A DNA stretch of 64,000 nt, from assembly GCA_963742735.1 (NCBI GenBank), contig CAVUMN010000004.1, forward strand, positions 1,512,306 through 1,576,305. The letters run 5' to 3'. The first letter of the stretch is position 1. Every line of letters begins with the position of its first letter. The DNA is from an uncultured Actinomycetes bacterium. GTDB taxonomy: Bacteria; Actinomycetota; UBA4738; JBBDTT01. This document shows, in pieces, positions 40,367-49,508 of this stretch. The translations under genes and the position numbers were made by a program. The notes under the pieces were generated by a model. That model was given only the letters and a program-made list of their open reading frames with translations. It had not been told where the DNA came from and ran no database searches.

Positions 40367-40945
40367 ACCTCGGCCTTCCTCTACCAGGCGGAGCAGCTCC
40401 GGACGTTCAGGGGGTGGGCGGGCGAGGGCCTGATCGACGGGCTTCAGGTCGTCGAGGTGCCGGAGGAGCCGCAATGACTATCTCGGCGCAGGAGCGCGTC
40501 AGGAGCGCGCCGCTGGCCGCGTGTCGCGGCGCTCGAGGCGGCAGGCAAGCCGCGAGCCAGCCATGTGACCGCAGCCACTGAGGAGTCGGCCCTGAATCGG
40601 TGGAGTAGGCGTGGAGGCGGGCCACCGACTCGGGACTGGTAGCTGGGATCTGCACCAGGAAGTACGCTTCTCGGCGTGGACGAGGGCCTCCGTGCCGGTG
40701 CTACGCGGTCGAGGGGATGCGGTGCCCATACCCGGCGCCGCAGGAGGACGGGTTCTGCGACGAGTGCCGGACGGATCGTGAGTGCATCCAGCGCCGCGCC
40801 GCTGTAGGTATGGCCGCGGGCACGACTTAGGCGAGACAGACCCGCAGGCCGTAGGCCGCGGGATCAAGCGCCGGTCCAGCTTCTGGACTAGGGGTTCACC
40901 CCAGCAACTGCAGAAGATCCCCTGCGAGGCAGAGTCCGGCACCCA

Positions 40946-41123
40946 TGCGGCAGCGAGGCGGCACAACTTGGAGCAATAGGGTCACCAAGTACCAAGCGCG
41001 CCGAATCCCTCCAAGAGAGTTCGTGCGGGTCGGGACACAGCCGTGCTTGCTCGGGATTGCTTAGAAGGCAGCCGCTCTATCCCCTGAGCTACCGGGGCCG
41101 TGGGGTGAGAATAGCCTGCTCAG
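40946..41123 (-). repeat. att-like repeat 1: promoter + tRNA-Arg 5' half (41058-41098) + conserved arm
   Basis: 41 nt identical to 35611-35651; flank homologous to 47612-47722 including identical TGCGGCAGCGAGGCGGCACAA. Confidence 0.85.
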
Positions 41124-41140
41124 CAGCCGTCTTCGGGCGT

Positions 41141-42877
41141 TTAGCGCAGCAGCGCGTCGAGCAGCGGGTTCGTGAATATGCGGTGGGGGTCGTGGCGGTG
41201 GAGCCGCTCGCGAGCGCCGTCCCACCCCTCGCCGTCCGCGTGACCCGCCCGGAACGAGCCGGGGATCCGCTCGCCGAGCGCGGACGCGTCGGTCCACGCT
41301 CCCCGGTCCGTGAACGCCCAGCCCTTCGACCACTCGGGGCGAACGGATCCGTACGACCCCGTGTAGTTGCGCGCGGCCCACCGCTCGAGGCCGGTGCAGA
41401 ACGCGTTCGCGCCTGCCGTCTCCGGGAAGGTCAACACGTTGAACCACACCGCCGTGTCCCACTCGGGATGGTCGGACCGCGGCCTCAGCGCAGAGAGCGA
41501 TGGCGCCGTCGCGCCGCGGATGGCCACGTCGGCGGGGTCGTCGAGCCCCGTCGACCGGATCTGGATACCCACGTTGACGGGGAAGCGTCCCCGGCTCGCC
41601 TCGGAGGCCAGGCGGCGCTGGTACTCGGCGGCGAACTCGGCGACGACCCGCTGCACGTCGCATCGTCGGGTGACCACCGCGAACCCGAACTCGGCGACCC
41701 GGATCGTGGAGGGCCGTACGTACTGTAGGAGGTCCTTCGAGGCGCCCCACAGGTCGTAGGCCCGGAAGGCCTGCAGCCCGGCGACCGTCGCCGCGTACAT
41801 CGACCGGCCGAACTGCGGCGTGAGCGATCCCGACGACTTCACGACGCGGTCCGCGAGCGAGCCGAGCTCGGCCGGGATGTTGTCGGAGAACGGATAGTTG
41901 TACGGACCGGAGACGATTCGGGCCGATGCCGGGCGCGTGGGTGCGACGCTCCACACCTTGACCCACGGGTTCTCCGTGAAGGCGTACCAGATGACCTCGA
42001 TCCGCCCGGCCTCGTCGACCAGCCGCCGATACGTCCGCCCCGCCGCCGCGGACGAGCCGGGCATGGCGAGCAGCTCCCCGGCCGGGATGTCGACGTGACT
42101 GACGCATCGCAGGCTCCGCTCCGGTTCGGGACGAAGCGCGACGTCGGTGACGAAGGCTCGCCCCAGATGCGTGAGGAACGCGGCCGCGTCGGGATGCGAC
42201 CGGTCGAAGGAGCGAAGCACGTACCGAGACGAGCGCCGTTCCCACACCACCGCGCGGAACCAACGGACCCGGTTGCTGAGGGAGCCGTAGGAACGCCGGC
42301 CGTCTCGTCGCTCGCCCCGCGCGGGCACGGCGCTCCCGTGGCCGTTCACGGCGAGCACGCCCCCGACCGTGATCTCCCCGGTGCTGGGGACGGAGGTGAA
42401 CCCGAGCCCAGCCGCGTGCATGCCCTCGAGCAGGGCGCCCATGCTCGCGCCTGCCTGCGCGGTGACGGCATCGTCGTGGATCGCCCCCATGGCGTTCAGG
42501 TGGCGGGTGGTGTCCACCAGCATCACGCGCGGCGGCGGCCTGTCACCCGCCGGGATCGTGAGCGGGGACCACCCGTGGCGCATCCCCCGGGCGCGCACGC
42601 GGAAGCCGTTGCGGAAAGCCCAGTTCGCCACCGAGGCGACGTCCGCGGCGGTCCGGGGCGCGCAGGTCCACACGTCCGGTGCACGGATATCTCCCGACCA
42701 GTTCTCGTACGTCTCGCGATACACCTCGATGCCGGCGGGGAATTCCGGAGGCGAAGCCCCCGCCGCGGCGGAGGCGGCGGAGGCAAGGCCGGTCCCGCGC
42801 GCCGCCCAGAGGCCGACCGCGCCGATGCCGGCGGATCGCAGGAACCGCCGGCGGGTCATCCCCGCCTCCGCGCTCAC
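41141..42877 (-). CDS. Tat-exported FAD-linked cholesterol oxidase-like protein (VAO type)
   Basis: TRRRFLR Tat motif; YENWSG, GMRHGWSPL, GGVLAVNGHG, GPYNYPFSD, RPEWSKGWA, DPHRIF. Confidence 0.8.
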   Translation of the reverse strand: MSAEAGMTRRRFLRSAGIGAVGLWAARGTGLASAASAAAGASPPEFPAGIEVYRETYENWSGDIRAPDVWTCAPRTAADVASVANWAFRNGFRVRARGMRHGWSPLTIPAGDRPPPRVMLVDTTRHLNAMGAIHDDAVTAQAGASMGALLEGMHAAGLGFTSVPSTGEITVGGVLAVNGHGSAVPARGERRDGRRSYGSLSNRVRWFRAVVWERRSSRYVLRSFDRSHPDAAAFLTHLGRAFVTDVALRPEPERSLRCVSHVDIPAGELLAMPGSSAAAGRTYRRLVDEAGRIEVIWYAFTENPWVKVWSVAPTRPASARIVSGPYNYPFSDNIPAELGSLADRVVKSSGSLTPQFGRSMYAATVAGLQAFRAYDLWGASKDLLQYVRPSTIRVAEFGFAVVTRRCDVQRVVAEFAAEYQRRLASEASRGRFPVNVGIQIRSTGLDDPADVAIRGATAPSLSALRPRSDHPEWDTAVWFNVLTFPETAGANAFCTGLERWAARNYTGSYGSVRPEWSKGWAFTDRGAWTDASALGERIPGSFRAGHADGEGWDGARERLHRHDPHRIFTNPLLDALLR

Positions 42878-43311
42878 GCGACCGGCACCTCCGTCGGCTC
42901 CATGGCCGAGGCGAGACGCTCGACCAGTCCCCGCGCGATCACCCGCGCGCACCACCCGATGTCGAGCAGCCGGAACAGCTGGCTCCGGTCCAGGACCAGG
43001 ACCGTCATCGGGGCGGCCGCCGTGACCGTTGCCGTCCGCTTCGTCATGGCCAGCACGGCCATTTCGCCGAAGACCTCCCCGGGCCCGAGCCGCGCGAGCT
43101 CGCGGCCCTGGACCGAGACGACGGCCTCGCCGGTCATGATCACGAAGGACTCGCTGCCGGGCGACCCCTCGTCGATGAGCACCTCGCCCGGTGCCGCCTC
43201 GATCTCAGTCGTGACCGAATTGACCAGTAGGAGCTCCTTATCGGTGCATCCCTTGAACAGCCCGAGGCTCCTGAGCTGGCGGCTACGCTCCGGGGCCAGC
43301 GTGGATCGCAT
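42874..43311 (-). CDS. Stand-alone cyclic nucleotide-binding domain protein
   Basis: LGPGEVFGEMAVL...RTATVTA phosphate-binding cassette; no HTH. Confidence 0.85.
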   Translation of the reverse strand: MRSTLAPERSRQLRSLGLFKGCTDKELLLVNSVTTEIEAAPGEVLIDEGSPGSESFVIMTGEAVVSVQGRELARLGPGEVFGEMAVLAMTKRTATVTAAAPMTVLVLDRSQLFRLLDIGWCARVIARGLVERLASAMEPTEVPVA

Positions 43312-43360
43312 CACTGGGTCCTCCTCTCCTGAATGGGCAGTCCCAGCCTGGGAGACACCC

Positions 43361-43398
43361 GTTGCGACGCGGTTGCAGCGCCGTAGCCCGCGCGTTGC
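43361..43398. promoter_or_regulatory. Four direct repeats with 11-bp period (SARP/OmpR-type operator candidate)
   Basis: GTTGC 43361, GTTGC 43372, GTAGC 43383, GTTGC 43394. Confidence 0.65.
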
Positions 43399-43453
43399 GC
43401 GCGGCGCAACTCCCTTCCCAGGAGGGGTGCCGGCGCGCTACGCTCCCGAGCCT

Positions 43454-46400
43454 GTGTCCCGATCGCCCGCTCCGCCCGCCTTCTTTCGAATCCTCGGGCC
43501 CCTCGAGGTGGAGCTCGACGGCGTCCGGCTGGCGATCCCGGCGAGCAAGGAGCGAGCCCTGATCACCCTCCTCGCCGCCGCCCCGGGGGCGGTCGTGCCG
43601 AGCGAGCGGCTCATCGGGGACCTGTGGGGGGAGGAGCCTCCTGCTTCGGCCGAGGTCTCCGTGAGGGTCCTGGTCTCCCGGCTGCGCAAGACCTTCGCGA
43701 CGCACGAGATGAGCGAGACGCTCGAGCATCGGGACTCGGGCTACGCGCTCGCGATCGGTCCCGAACAGGTCGACACCGACCGGTTCACGGAGCTCGCCGA
43801 CAAGGGTCGGACGCAGCTCGCGGGGGGAGATCCGCAGCTCGCCGCGTCCACCCTGCGGGACGCGCTCGCGCTGTGGCGGGGACCGGCCCTGGCGGACGTC
43901 CGGGACGGCATGTGGGCTGGCATGGAGGCCATCCGTCTGGAGGAGGCTCGGTTCACGACCCTCGAGAACCGGATCGAAGCCGATCTCGCGTGCGGCCGCC
44001 ACGCCGATCTGCTCGGCGAGCTGATGGGCCTGGCGGCGAGCCATCCCCTTCGCGAGCGGGTCTGGCAGATGCGGATGCTGGCGCTGTATCGGGCGGGCCG
44101 GCAGGGCGAGGCGCTCGACGCCCACCGCCAGCTCCGGGCGGTCCTCGCCGAGGAGCTGGGGATCTCCCCCTCCGCGGAGACCGAGCTCCTCCATCAGCGC
44201 GTCCTGGAAGCGGCCCCTTCGCTCCTGTCGGCCGCCGTGCCGGTCCCGGCGCCGGCGGAGTCCGACGCCGAGGTGGTCCCGGTGCTCGAGAGGGCGAGCG
44301 CGCGCGAGCTCCCCACCGGCACCGCGACGGTCATGTTCACCGACGTCGTCGGGTCCACGGAACTGCGCACGCGCCTCGGCGATGCCACCGCCCAGGCGAT
44401 CCTGGAGGTCCACGCCGGACTCGTACGCCGGGAGATCACCTCCCACGGGGGCGTGGAGGTGAAGGCCCTCGGTGACGGCTTCATGGTCGTGTTCGCGTCC
44501 GTGCGGGACGCCCTCACCGCCGCGGTCGAGATCCAGCGGGCCACCCGGAGGCGGAGCCTGGCGATGCCCGCGGAGAGCCTGGCGATGCGGATCGGCCTCA
44601 GCGCCGGGGAGCTCATGCGGGAGGGCGAGGACATGCACGGTCAGGCGGCGAACGCCGCGGCACGGATCGCGGCCCGCGCGGAAGGAGGCGAGATCCTGGT
44701 CGCGGACGTGGTTCGCCAGCTCGCCGGCGCCGCGCCCGACCTGGTCTTCCACGAGCGGGGCCGGTTCTCCCTGAAGGGCTTCCCGGAGCGGTTCCGTCTC
44801 TTCTCCGTCGAATGGGAGGAGCCCCAGGGACCGGCGGAGGCGGCGTCGCTGCGAACGGCCTTCGTGGGGCGGGAGGCCGAGCTGGCCGCCCTCCGCGCCC
44901 ACCTGGACGACGCGTTCCGGGGGCGCGGCTCGATCGTGCTGATCGGCGGCGAGCCGGGCGTGGGCAAGACCCGGCTCGCCGAGGAGGTCGCGGCCGAGGG
45001 GGCGTCCCGCGGGCTGCTCCACTTCGTGGGGCGCTGCTACGACGTCGAGGGCGGCGGACCGTACGCGCCGTTCGTCGAGGCGTTGGAGGCCGGCCTCCGG
45101 TTCAGCGGCCCGGAGCTGTTCCGCGAGCAGCTGGGCGAGGAGGCCGCCGACGTGGCGCGGGTGATGCCCCAGATCCGCCGGATGTACTCCGACATTCCCC
45201 CTCCGCTCGATCTGCCGCCCGACGTCGAGCGGCGGCACCTGTTCAACAGCCTGGTTTCGTTCATCGAGCGGGGGGCGCGGCGGACGCCGGTGGCGCTGAT
45301 CCTGGACGACCTCCAGTGGGCGGAGGAACCGATGCTGCTGCTCATCCAGCATCTCGCCCCGCGCTTGGCCGAGATCCCCGCGATCGTCTTTGCGACCTAC
45401 CGCGACGTGGAGCTCGACACGGCTCGGCCGCTCACGCGGACGCTCGAGGAATTGCTCCGGCGGCGCCTCGCCCACCGCATCTCGCTGAAGCGGCTTCCGC
45501 GCGACCACGTCGGGGAGATGCTGCGCTCGCTCGCCGGAGCGGAGCCGCCCGCGGCGCTGGTCGACGCGATCTTCGACGAGACCGAGGGGAACGCGTTCTT
45601 CGTGGAGGAGCTGTACCGCCACCTCGTGGAGCAGGGCGCGGTGCTCGACGAGTCCGGTGGGTTCAGGCAGGATCTCAGGCCGGCGGAGCTGGAGCTCCCC
45701 GAGAGCATCCGGCTCGTCATCGGGCGGCGACTCGGGCGGCTCGGCGACGAGGCCGTCACGGTGCTCGCGGCCGCGGCCGTGCTCGGTCGACGCTTCGAGC
45801 TCGAGACGCTGAACGCGCTGGGGGGTCTGGATGCCCAGGCGATCGAGGACTCGTTGGACCGCGCCGAGACGGCCGGCTTGGTGCATCCCCACGAGTCGGG
45901 CGACGCTCCCGCGTACGTCTTCTCGCACGAGCTGGTCCGGAGCACGCTCCTGGGATCGACCTCGCTGGCCAGGCGGCAGCGGCTCCACCTGGCCGCGGCC
46001 GACGCCATCGAACGCGTGCACGCGACCTCGTTCCCGGATGTCGCCGCCAACGTGGTCGAGCATCTCCGCAAGGGGGGACTGACCGTCGACCGAGACCGCA
46101 TGTTCCGCTCGCTGGTCACGGCGGGAGAGCACGCGCTGGAGGTGGCCGCGAACGAGGACGCCCTGGGCTTCTTCGAGGAGGCGCTGAACCTCGCGCCCGA
46201 GGAGCCGGGGGTCCGGGCCTCGGTCCTGCGATCGCTCGGCCTCGCGCAGCAGAGCCTGGACCGGTGGCAGGAGAGCTTGGCGACATGGAAGGAGGCGCTG
46301 CCGCTGTTCGCGGCGGCGGACGACCGGGACGGTGCGGGGCGCACGTACTCCCACATCGTGTCCCAGCTCATGACCACCGGGCAGCTCATCGACTCGTTCC

Positions 46401-47554
46401 AGATCACGACGGAGGGCCTCGCGACGCTGGGGGATCGACCGAGCCCCGACCGGGCTCGTCTGCAGGCCGTGTACGGGGTGATGCTCAGCGCCGCCGGCGA
46501 CCGCGAGGGAGGGGAGCGGAGCATCCGCGAGGCCGTGGCCGCCGCTGAGGCGAGCGGCGACGCGCGACTCCTGGGCGAGTGCCTGGCCCGGCAGACGTAT
46601 GTCCATTTCGTCCTCGGCGAAGCCAGCGCATCCATCGAGGTGGGCCGGCGGGCGCTGGACGTTCTGCGCGGGTCGGGGGCGCTGTGGAACGCCGTCGAGC
46701 TGGTGGGGCCGATCGGGATCTTCATGCGTCTGCTCGGCCGGTTCGATGGGGCGCGCGAGGTGGAAGCCGGCGGCGAGGAGCTCGCCACGCGTCTGGCGCA
46801 CCGCGGGGCGCTGGTGACGCTCGGGGCTGGTCGGACGTTCGACGCCCTCGCTGCGGGAGACCTGCCCACGCTGCGTCGCGACGCCGAACGCACCCTCGAG
46901 TTGACGCTCGACGAGCGGGCCACGGGCCTGGGGTTCGTGGCCCATGCGCATCTGGGCTGGGCCGCGCTGTACTCGGCGGATTGGGAGGCCGCACTCGGCC
47001 ACGGCGTCACGATGGAGGAGCTCGAGCCGCCCGGGACGCTGGCCGGCATGGGCACCGGCCTTCGGATCCTGGCGCTGGCCCATCTCGGGCGACGCGACGA
47101 AGCAGTCGAGCTTTTCGCCGCGTCGCGGTCGAACCTTTCCGTGGCGGGTGAGCGGGGGCGGTTCGGCGGTGATAACCAGGCGCTGTTTGCCGCCGAGGGC
47201 CTCGCGCTCCTCGGAGAACCGGCCGCTGCCGACCTCTCCCCGGTAATCGCCGAGATCGGTGGTCGCATCCGAATCCACCCTGGCGGGAGGCTCGTCGAGA
47301 CGGTGGCCGGGCTCGCCGCCGCGGCGGGCGGAGACCACGCCGCCGCTGAGGCGCATTTCGTAGCCGCGATCGCGGCGGCGGACGAGCTCGGGCTGCCCAT
47401 CGAACGCGCCGAGGTCGCGCGGTTCTACGCGGACCTGCTCGAGGCTCGGGGTCGCGATGAGGACCGAGCCCTCGAGGCTCAGCTTCGCGCGGAAGCCGCG
47501 AGTGAGTATCGCAGGCTCGGCATGGCGAAGCACACGAAGCTGGTCACCCGTTAG
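43454..47554 (+). CDS. SARP (wHTH-BTAD) + adenylate cyclase + AAA ATPase + TPR regulator
   Basis: FRILGPLEV, VSRLRK, ALWRGPAL, HPLRE, LYRAGRQ; MFTDVVGST, KALGDGF, ANAAAR; GEPGVGKT, LDDLQWA. Confidence 0.9.
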   Translation: MSRSPAPPAFFRILGPLEVELDGVRLAIPASKERALITLLAAAPGAVVPSERLIGDLWGEEPPASAEVSVRVLVSRLRKTFATHEMSETLEHRDSGYALAIGPEQVDTDRFTELADKGRTQLAGGDPQLAASTLRDALALWRGPALADVRDGMWAGMEAIRLEEARFTTLENRIEADLACGRHADLLGELMGLAASHPLRERVWQMRMLALYRAGRQGEALDAHRQLRAVLAEELGISPSAETELLHQRVLEAAPSLLSAAVPVPAPAESDAEVVPVLERASARELPTGTATVMFTDVVGSTELRTRLGDATAQAILEVHAGLVRREITSHGGVEVKALGDGFMVVFASVRDALTAAVEIQRATRRRSLAMPAESLAMRIGLSAGELMREGEDMHGQAANAAARIAARAEGGEILVADVVRQLAGAAPDLVFHERGRFSLKGFPERFRLFSVEWEEPQGPAEAASLRTAFVGREAELAALRAHLDDAFRGRGSIVLIGGEPGVGKTRLAEEVAAEGASRGLLHFVGRCYDVEGGGPYAPFVEALEAGLRFSGPELFREQLGEEAADVARVMPQIRRMYSDIPPPLDLPPDVERRHLFNSLVSFIERGARRTPVALILDDLQWAEEPMLLLIQHLAPRLAEIPAIVFATYRDVELDTARPLTRTLEELLRRRLAHRISLKRLPRDHVGEMLRSLAGAEPPAALVDAIFDETEGNAFFVEELYRHLVEQGAVLDESGGFRQDLRPAELELPESIRLVIGRRLGRLGDEAVTVLAAAAVLGRRFELETLNALGGLDAQAIEDSLDRAETAGLVHPHESGDAPAYVFSHELVRSTLLGSTSLARRQRLHLAAADAIERVHATSFPDVAANVVEHLRKGGLTVDRDRMFRSLVTAGEHALEVAANEDALGFFEEALNLAPEEPGVRASVLRSLGLAQQSLDRWQESLATWKEALPLFAAADDRDGAGRTYSHIVSQLMTTGQLIDSFQITTEGLATLGDRPSPDRARLQAVYGVMLSAAGDREGGERSIREAVAAAEASGDARLLGECLARQTYVHFVLGEASASIEVGRRALDVLRGSGALWNAVELVGPIGIFMRLLGRFDGAREVEAGGEELATRLAHRGALVTLGAGRTFDALAAGDLPTLRRDAERTLELTLDERATGLGFVAHAHLGWAALYSADWEAALGHGVTMEELEPPGTLAGMGTGLRILALAHLGRRDEAVELFAASRSNLSVAGERGRFGGDNQALFAAEGLALLGEPAAADLSPVIAEIGGRIRIHPGGRLVETVAGLAAAAGGDHAAAEAHFVAAIAAADELGLPIERAEVARFYADLLEARGRDEDRALEAQLRAEAASEYRRLGMAKHTKLVTR

Positions 47555-47611
47555 AGGCGATCCATCTCGGCGGGCGGTGTGGCAGCGGGGGAAGGTCGGC
47601 TCCGCCACGGC

Positions 47612-47789
47612 TGCGGCAGCGAGGCGGCACAAGTATGGGTAGCAGGTGCTACCAGGTACAAGCGCGCCGACCCCTCCAAGGGAGATCGCGCGGTATCGGG
47701 TACCGGTGTGCTCGCTCGGTATTGCTTAGAAGGCAGCCGCGCTATCCCCTGAGCTACCGGGGCCGTGCGGCCAAGAATAGCCTGCTCAG
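47612..47789 (-). repeat. att-like repeat 2: promoter + tRNA-Arg 5' half (47723-47763) + conserved arm
   Basis: 40/41 match to tRNA 5' half; homologous to 40946-41123. Confidence 0.85.
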
Positions 47790-47844
47790 GAGGCCGAATC
47801 GGAGCACGCCTAAGCGGACGGGGGCCGTCGTGCATCCATGGAGC

Positions 47845-48369
47845 ATGCGAGCAGAGAACGCAGCGGTCGTGCGGTTCCCCTCCGAACGCGTCGACGCCGA
47901 GTCGAGCTTCGACGCGTTCTTCGGGGCGGAGCACGAACGGCTCTTCAAGGCGCTCTACTTCGTGACCGGAAACCGCCACGACGCGGAGGAGTTGATGCAG
48001 GACGCGTTCCTCAAGCTGTGGGAGCGGTGGGATGACCGCCGCATCGAGGACCGCACCGGCTATCTGTTCCGCGCCGCGCTGAACGGCTTTCGCATGCGCC
48101 GGCGCCGCGCCGCGATTGCCGTCCGCAAGGTGCTCCCGGTCACCGAGAGGCGAGATGTGTTCCTCGATGCGGAGATGCGCGCGGACGTGCGGCGGCTCCT
48201 CGTCGAGGTGACGCCCCGCCAGCGGGCCGCCCTCGTGCTCGTGGACCTGTTCGGCTACCCGGCCGAGCAGGCCGCGCGCATCCTGCGCGTGCGTCCGTCC
48301 ACGGTGAGGGCCCTCGCAACGCAAGGCCGAAAGGCCCTCCGAGCTACGGAAGGAGCACAGGATGCCTGA
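47845..48369 (+). CDS. ECF RNA polymerase sigma factor
   Basis: DAEELMQDAFLKLW, YLFRAALN, TPRQRAALVL, STVR. Confidence 0.85.
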   Translation: MRAENAAVVRFPSERVDAESSFDAFFGAEHERLFKALYFVTGNRHDAEELMQDAFLKLWERWDDRRIEDRTGYLFRAALNGFRMRRRRAAIAVRKVLPVTERRDVFLDAEMRADVRRLLVEVTPRQRAALVLVDLFGYPAEQAARILRVRPSTVRALATQGRKALRATEGAQDA

Positions 48370-49384
48370 CGTACCGGAGGTGTTCGAGATGGCGACGAGT
48401 ACGGTTCGGCCCGACCCAGGAGTCGAGGAACGGCAGCACCGGAAGCAGCGCACCCACGCCGCCAGGCAGAGGGCGGGCGCGTACGCCGTTGTCGCGGCGG
48501 TGCTCATCGCGGCGACCGTGTTCGGCGTCGTGACGCTCGGCGGCGGCCAGCGCACGCGGCCGGCTGCGGAAGGGCAGCTCACCAGGGAGACCCTGGCCGG
48601 CGTCTGGAGGACACGCGGCGTCGATGCCGACTCCGCGAGCCTGCTGACGTTCGTGACCGATGGCGGGTTCATGCTCCAGAGCGCTTCGCCCATGCCTCCT
48701 CGCCTGCGGGGGACCTACGAGATCGAAGGGGACACGATCACGCTGACGGATCCGCACCTCTGCACTGGGATGCAGTGGACGGCGGGTCTTCCCGAGGCCG
48801 GCGTGCTGGAGTTCTCCCTTACGGACAAGGGTCTTCGGATCGGCGAGCTCGCCACGCCGGACAGCTGCACCGGGTCGCTGGGATCCGGTGTCGAGGAGTC
48901 CGACACGTTCGCCTTCGAGCGGATCTCACCGCGTTCCCGCGCTACGGCCGATCTCGACTCTGCCGGGCGAGCGGAGGATGGAGCCCCGCCGTCCCTCTTC
49001 GGAGATCTCTCCGGCGTGTGGCTGATGGACGACGGGGACCTGGTGCTCCAGATCGACCTGTTCGCGGACGACGTGGCCAACTACTCGATCTGGGAGGGCG
49101 GGGCGCTCGCACCGAGGGACGCCGGGTCGGTCCGCATCGAGGGAATCGGACGATACAGCGACACTCCTGGTGTGGACGACGGGTCGCTGATCTTCTCGAG
49201 CAACACGCTCAACCCGACCCATGGCTCGCCCACGTGCCCGGAGGGCACCACTGTGATGGTCTGGGAGAACATCCTGGTCGCCGGCGACGCGTTCGTCGCG
49301 GACGTTCCGTCTGAGGCCTGCGGCGGGCTCGCCCCGGGCCGCGTCTCCTGGCTGAGGGTCTCGGGCGCGGGGGACTATCGCTGA
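48362..49384 (+). CDS. Single-pass membrane protein, probable anti-sigma factor
   Basis: Overlaps sigma stop; short basic N-terminus, TM helix, Cys-containing extracellular part. Confidence 0.6.
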   Translation: MPDVPEVFEMATSTVRPDPGVEERQHRKQRTHAARQRAGAYAVVAAVLIAATVFGVVTLGGGQRTRPAAEGQLTRETLAGVWRTRGVDADSASLLTFVTDGGFMLQSASPMPPRLRGTYEIEGDTITLTDPHLCTGMQWTAGLPEAGVLEFSLTDKGLRIGELATPDSCTGSLGSGVEESDTFAFERISPRSRATADLDSAGRAEDGAPPSLFGDLSGVWLMDDGDLVLQIDLFADDVANYSIWEGGALAPRDAGSVRIEGIGRYSDTPGVDDGSLIFSSNTLNPTHGSPTCPEGTTVMVWENILVAGDAFVADVPSEACGGLAPGRVSWLRVSGAGDYR

Positions 49385-49418
49385 CCCTGCCCGCCCGGCA
49401 CGAATACAGGTGAGGAAG

Positions 49419-49447
49419 GACGGCGCGCCGGTCACCGGCGCGCCGTC
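49419..49447. terminator. Perfect hairpin between convergent genes
   Basis: GACGGCGCGCCGG-TCA-CCGGCGCGCCGTC. Confidence 0.7.
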
Positions 49448-49508
49448 GTCTTCCGGCCGCTGAGCACGTCGACGGCCTCGCCGGGCAGCGGGAGCCGGCG
49501 AGGAAGCG

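Noticed and set aside
39850-40940. Short ORFs between the cyclase gene and att repeat 1
   Set aside because: Fragmentary, with no recognisable family; treated as decayed element DNA.
20835-47632. Very long antisense/alternate-frame ORFs (e.g. 20835-23900 N-terminal part, 23412-26918, 36268-39822, 43283-47632)
   Set aside because: High-GC shadow frames overlapping well-supported genes, with no motifs.
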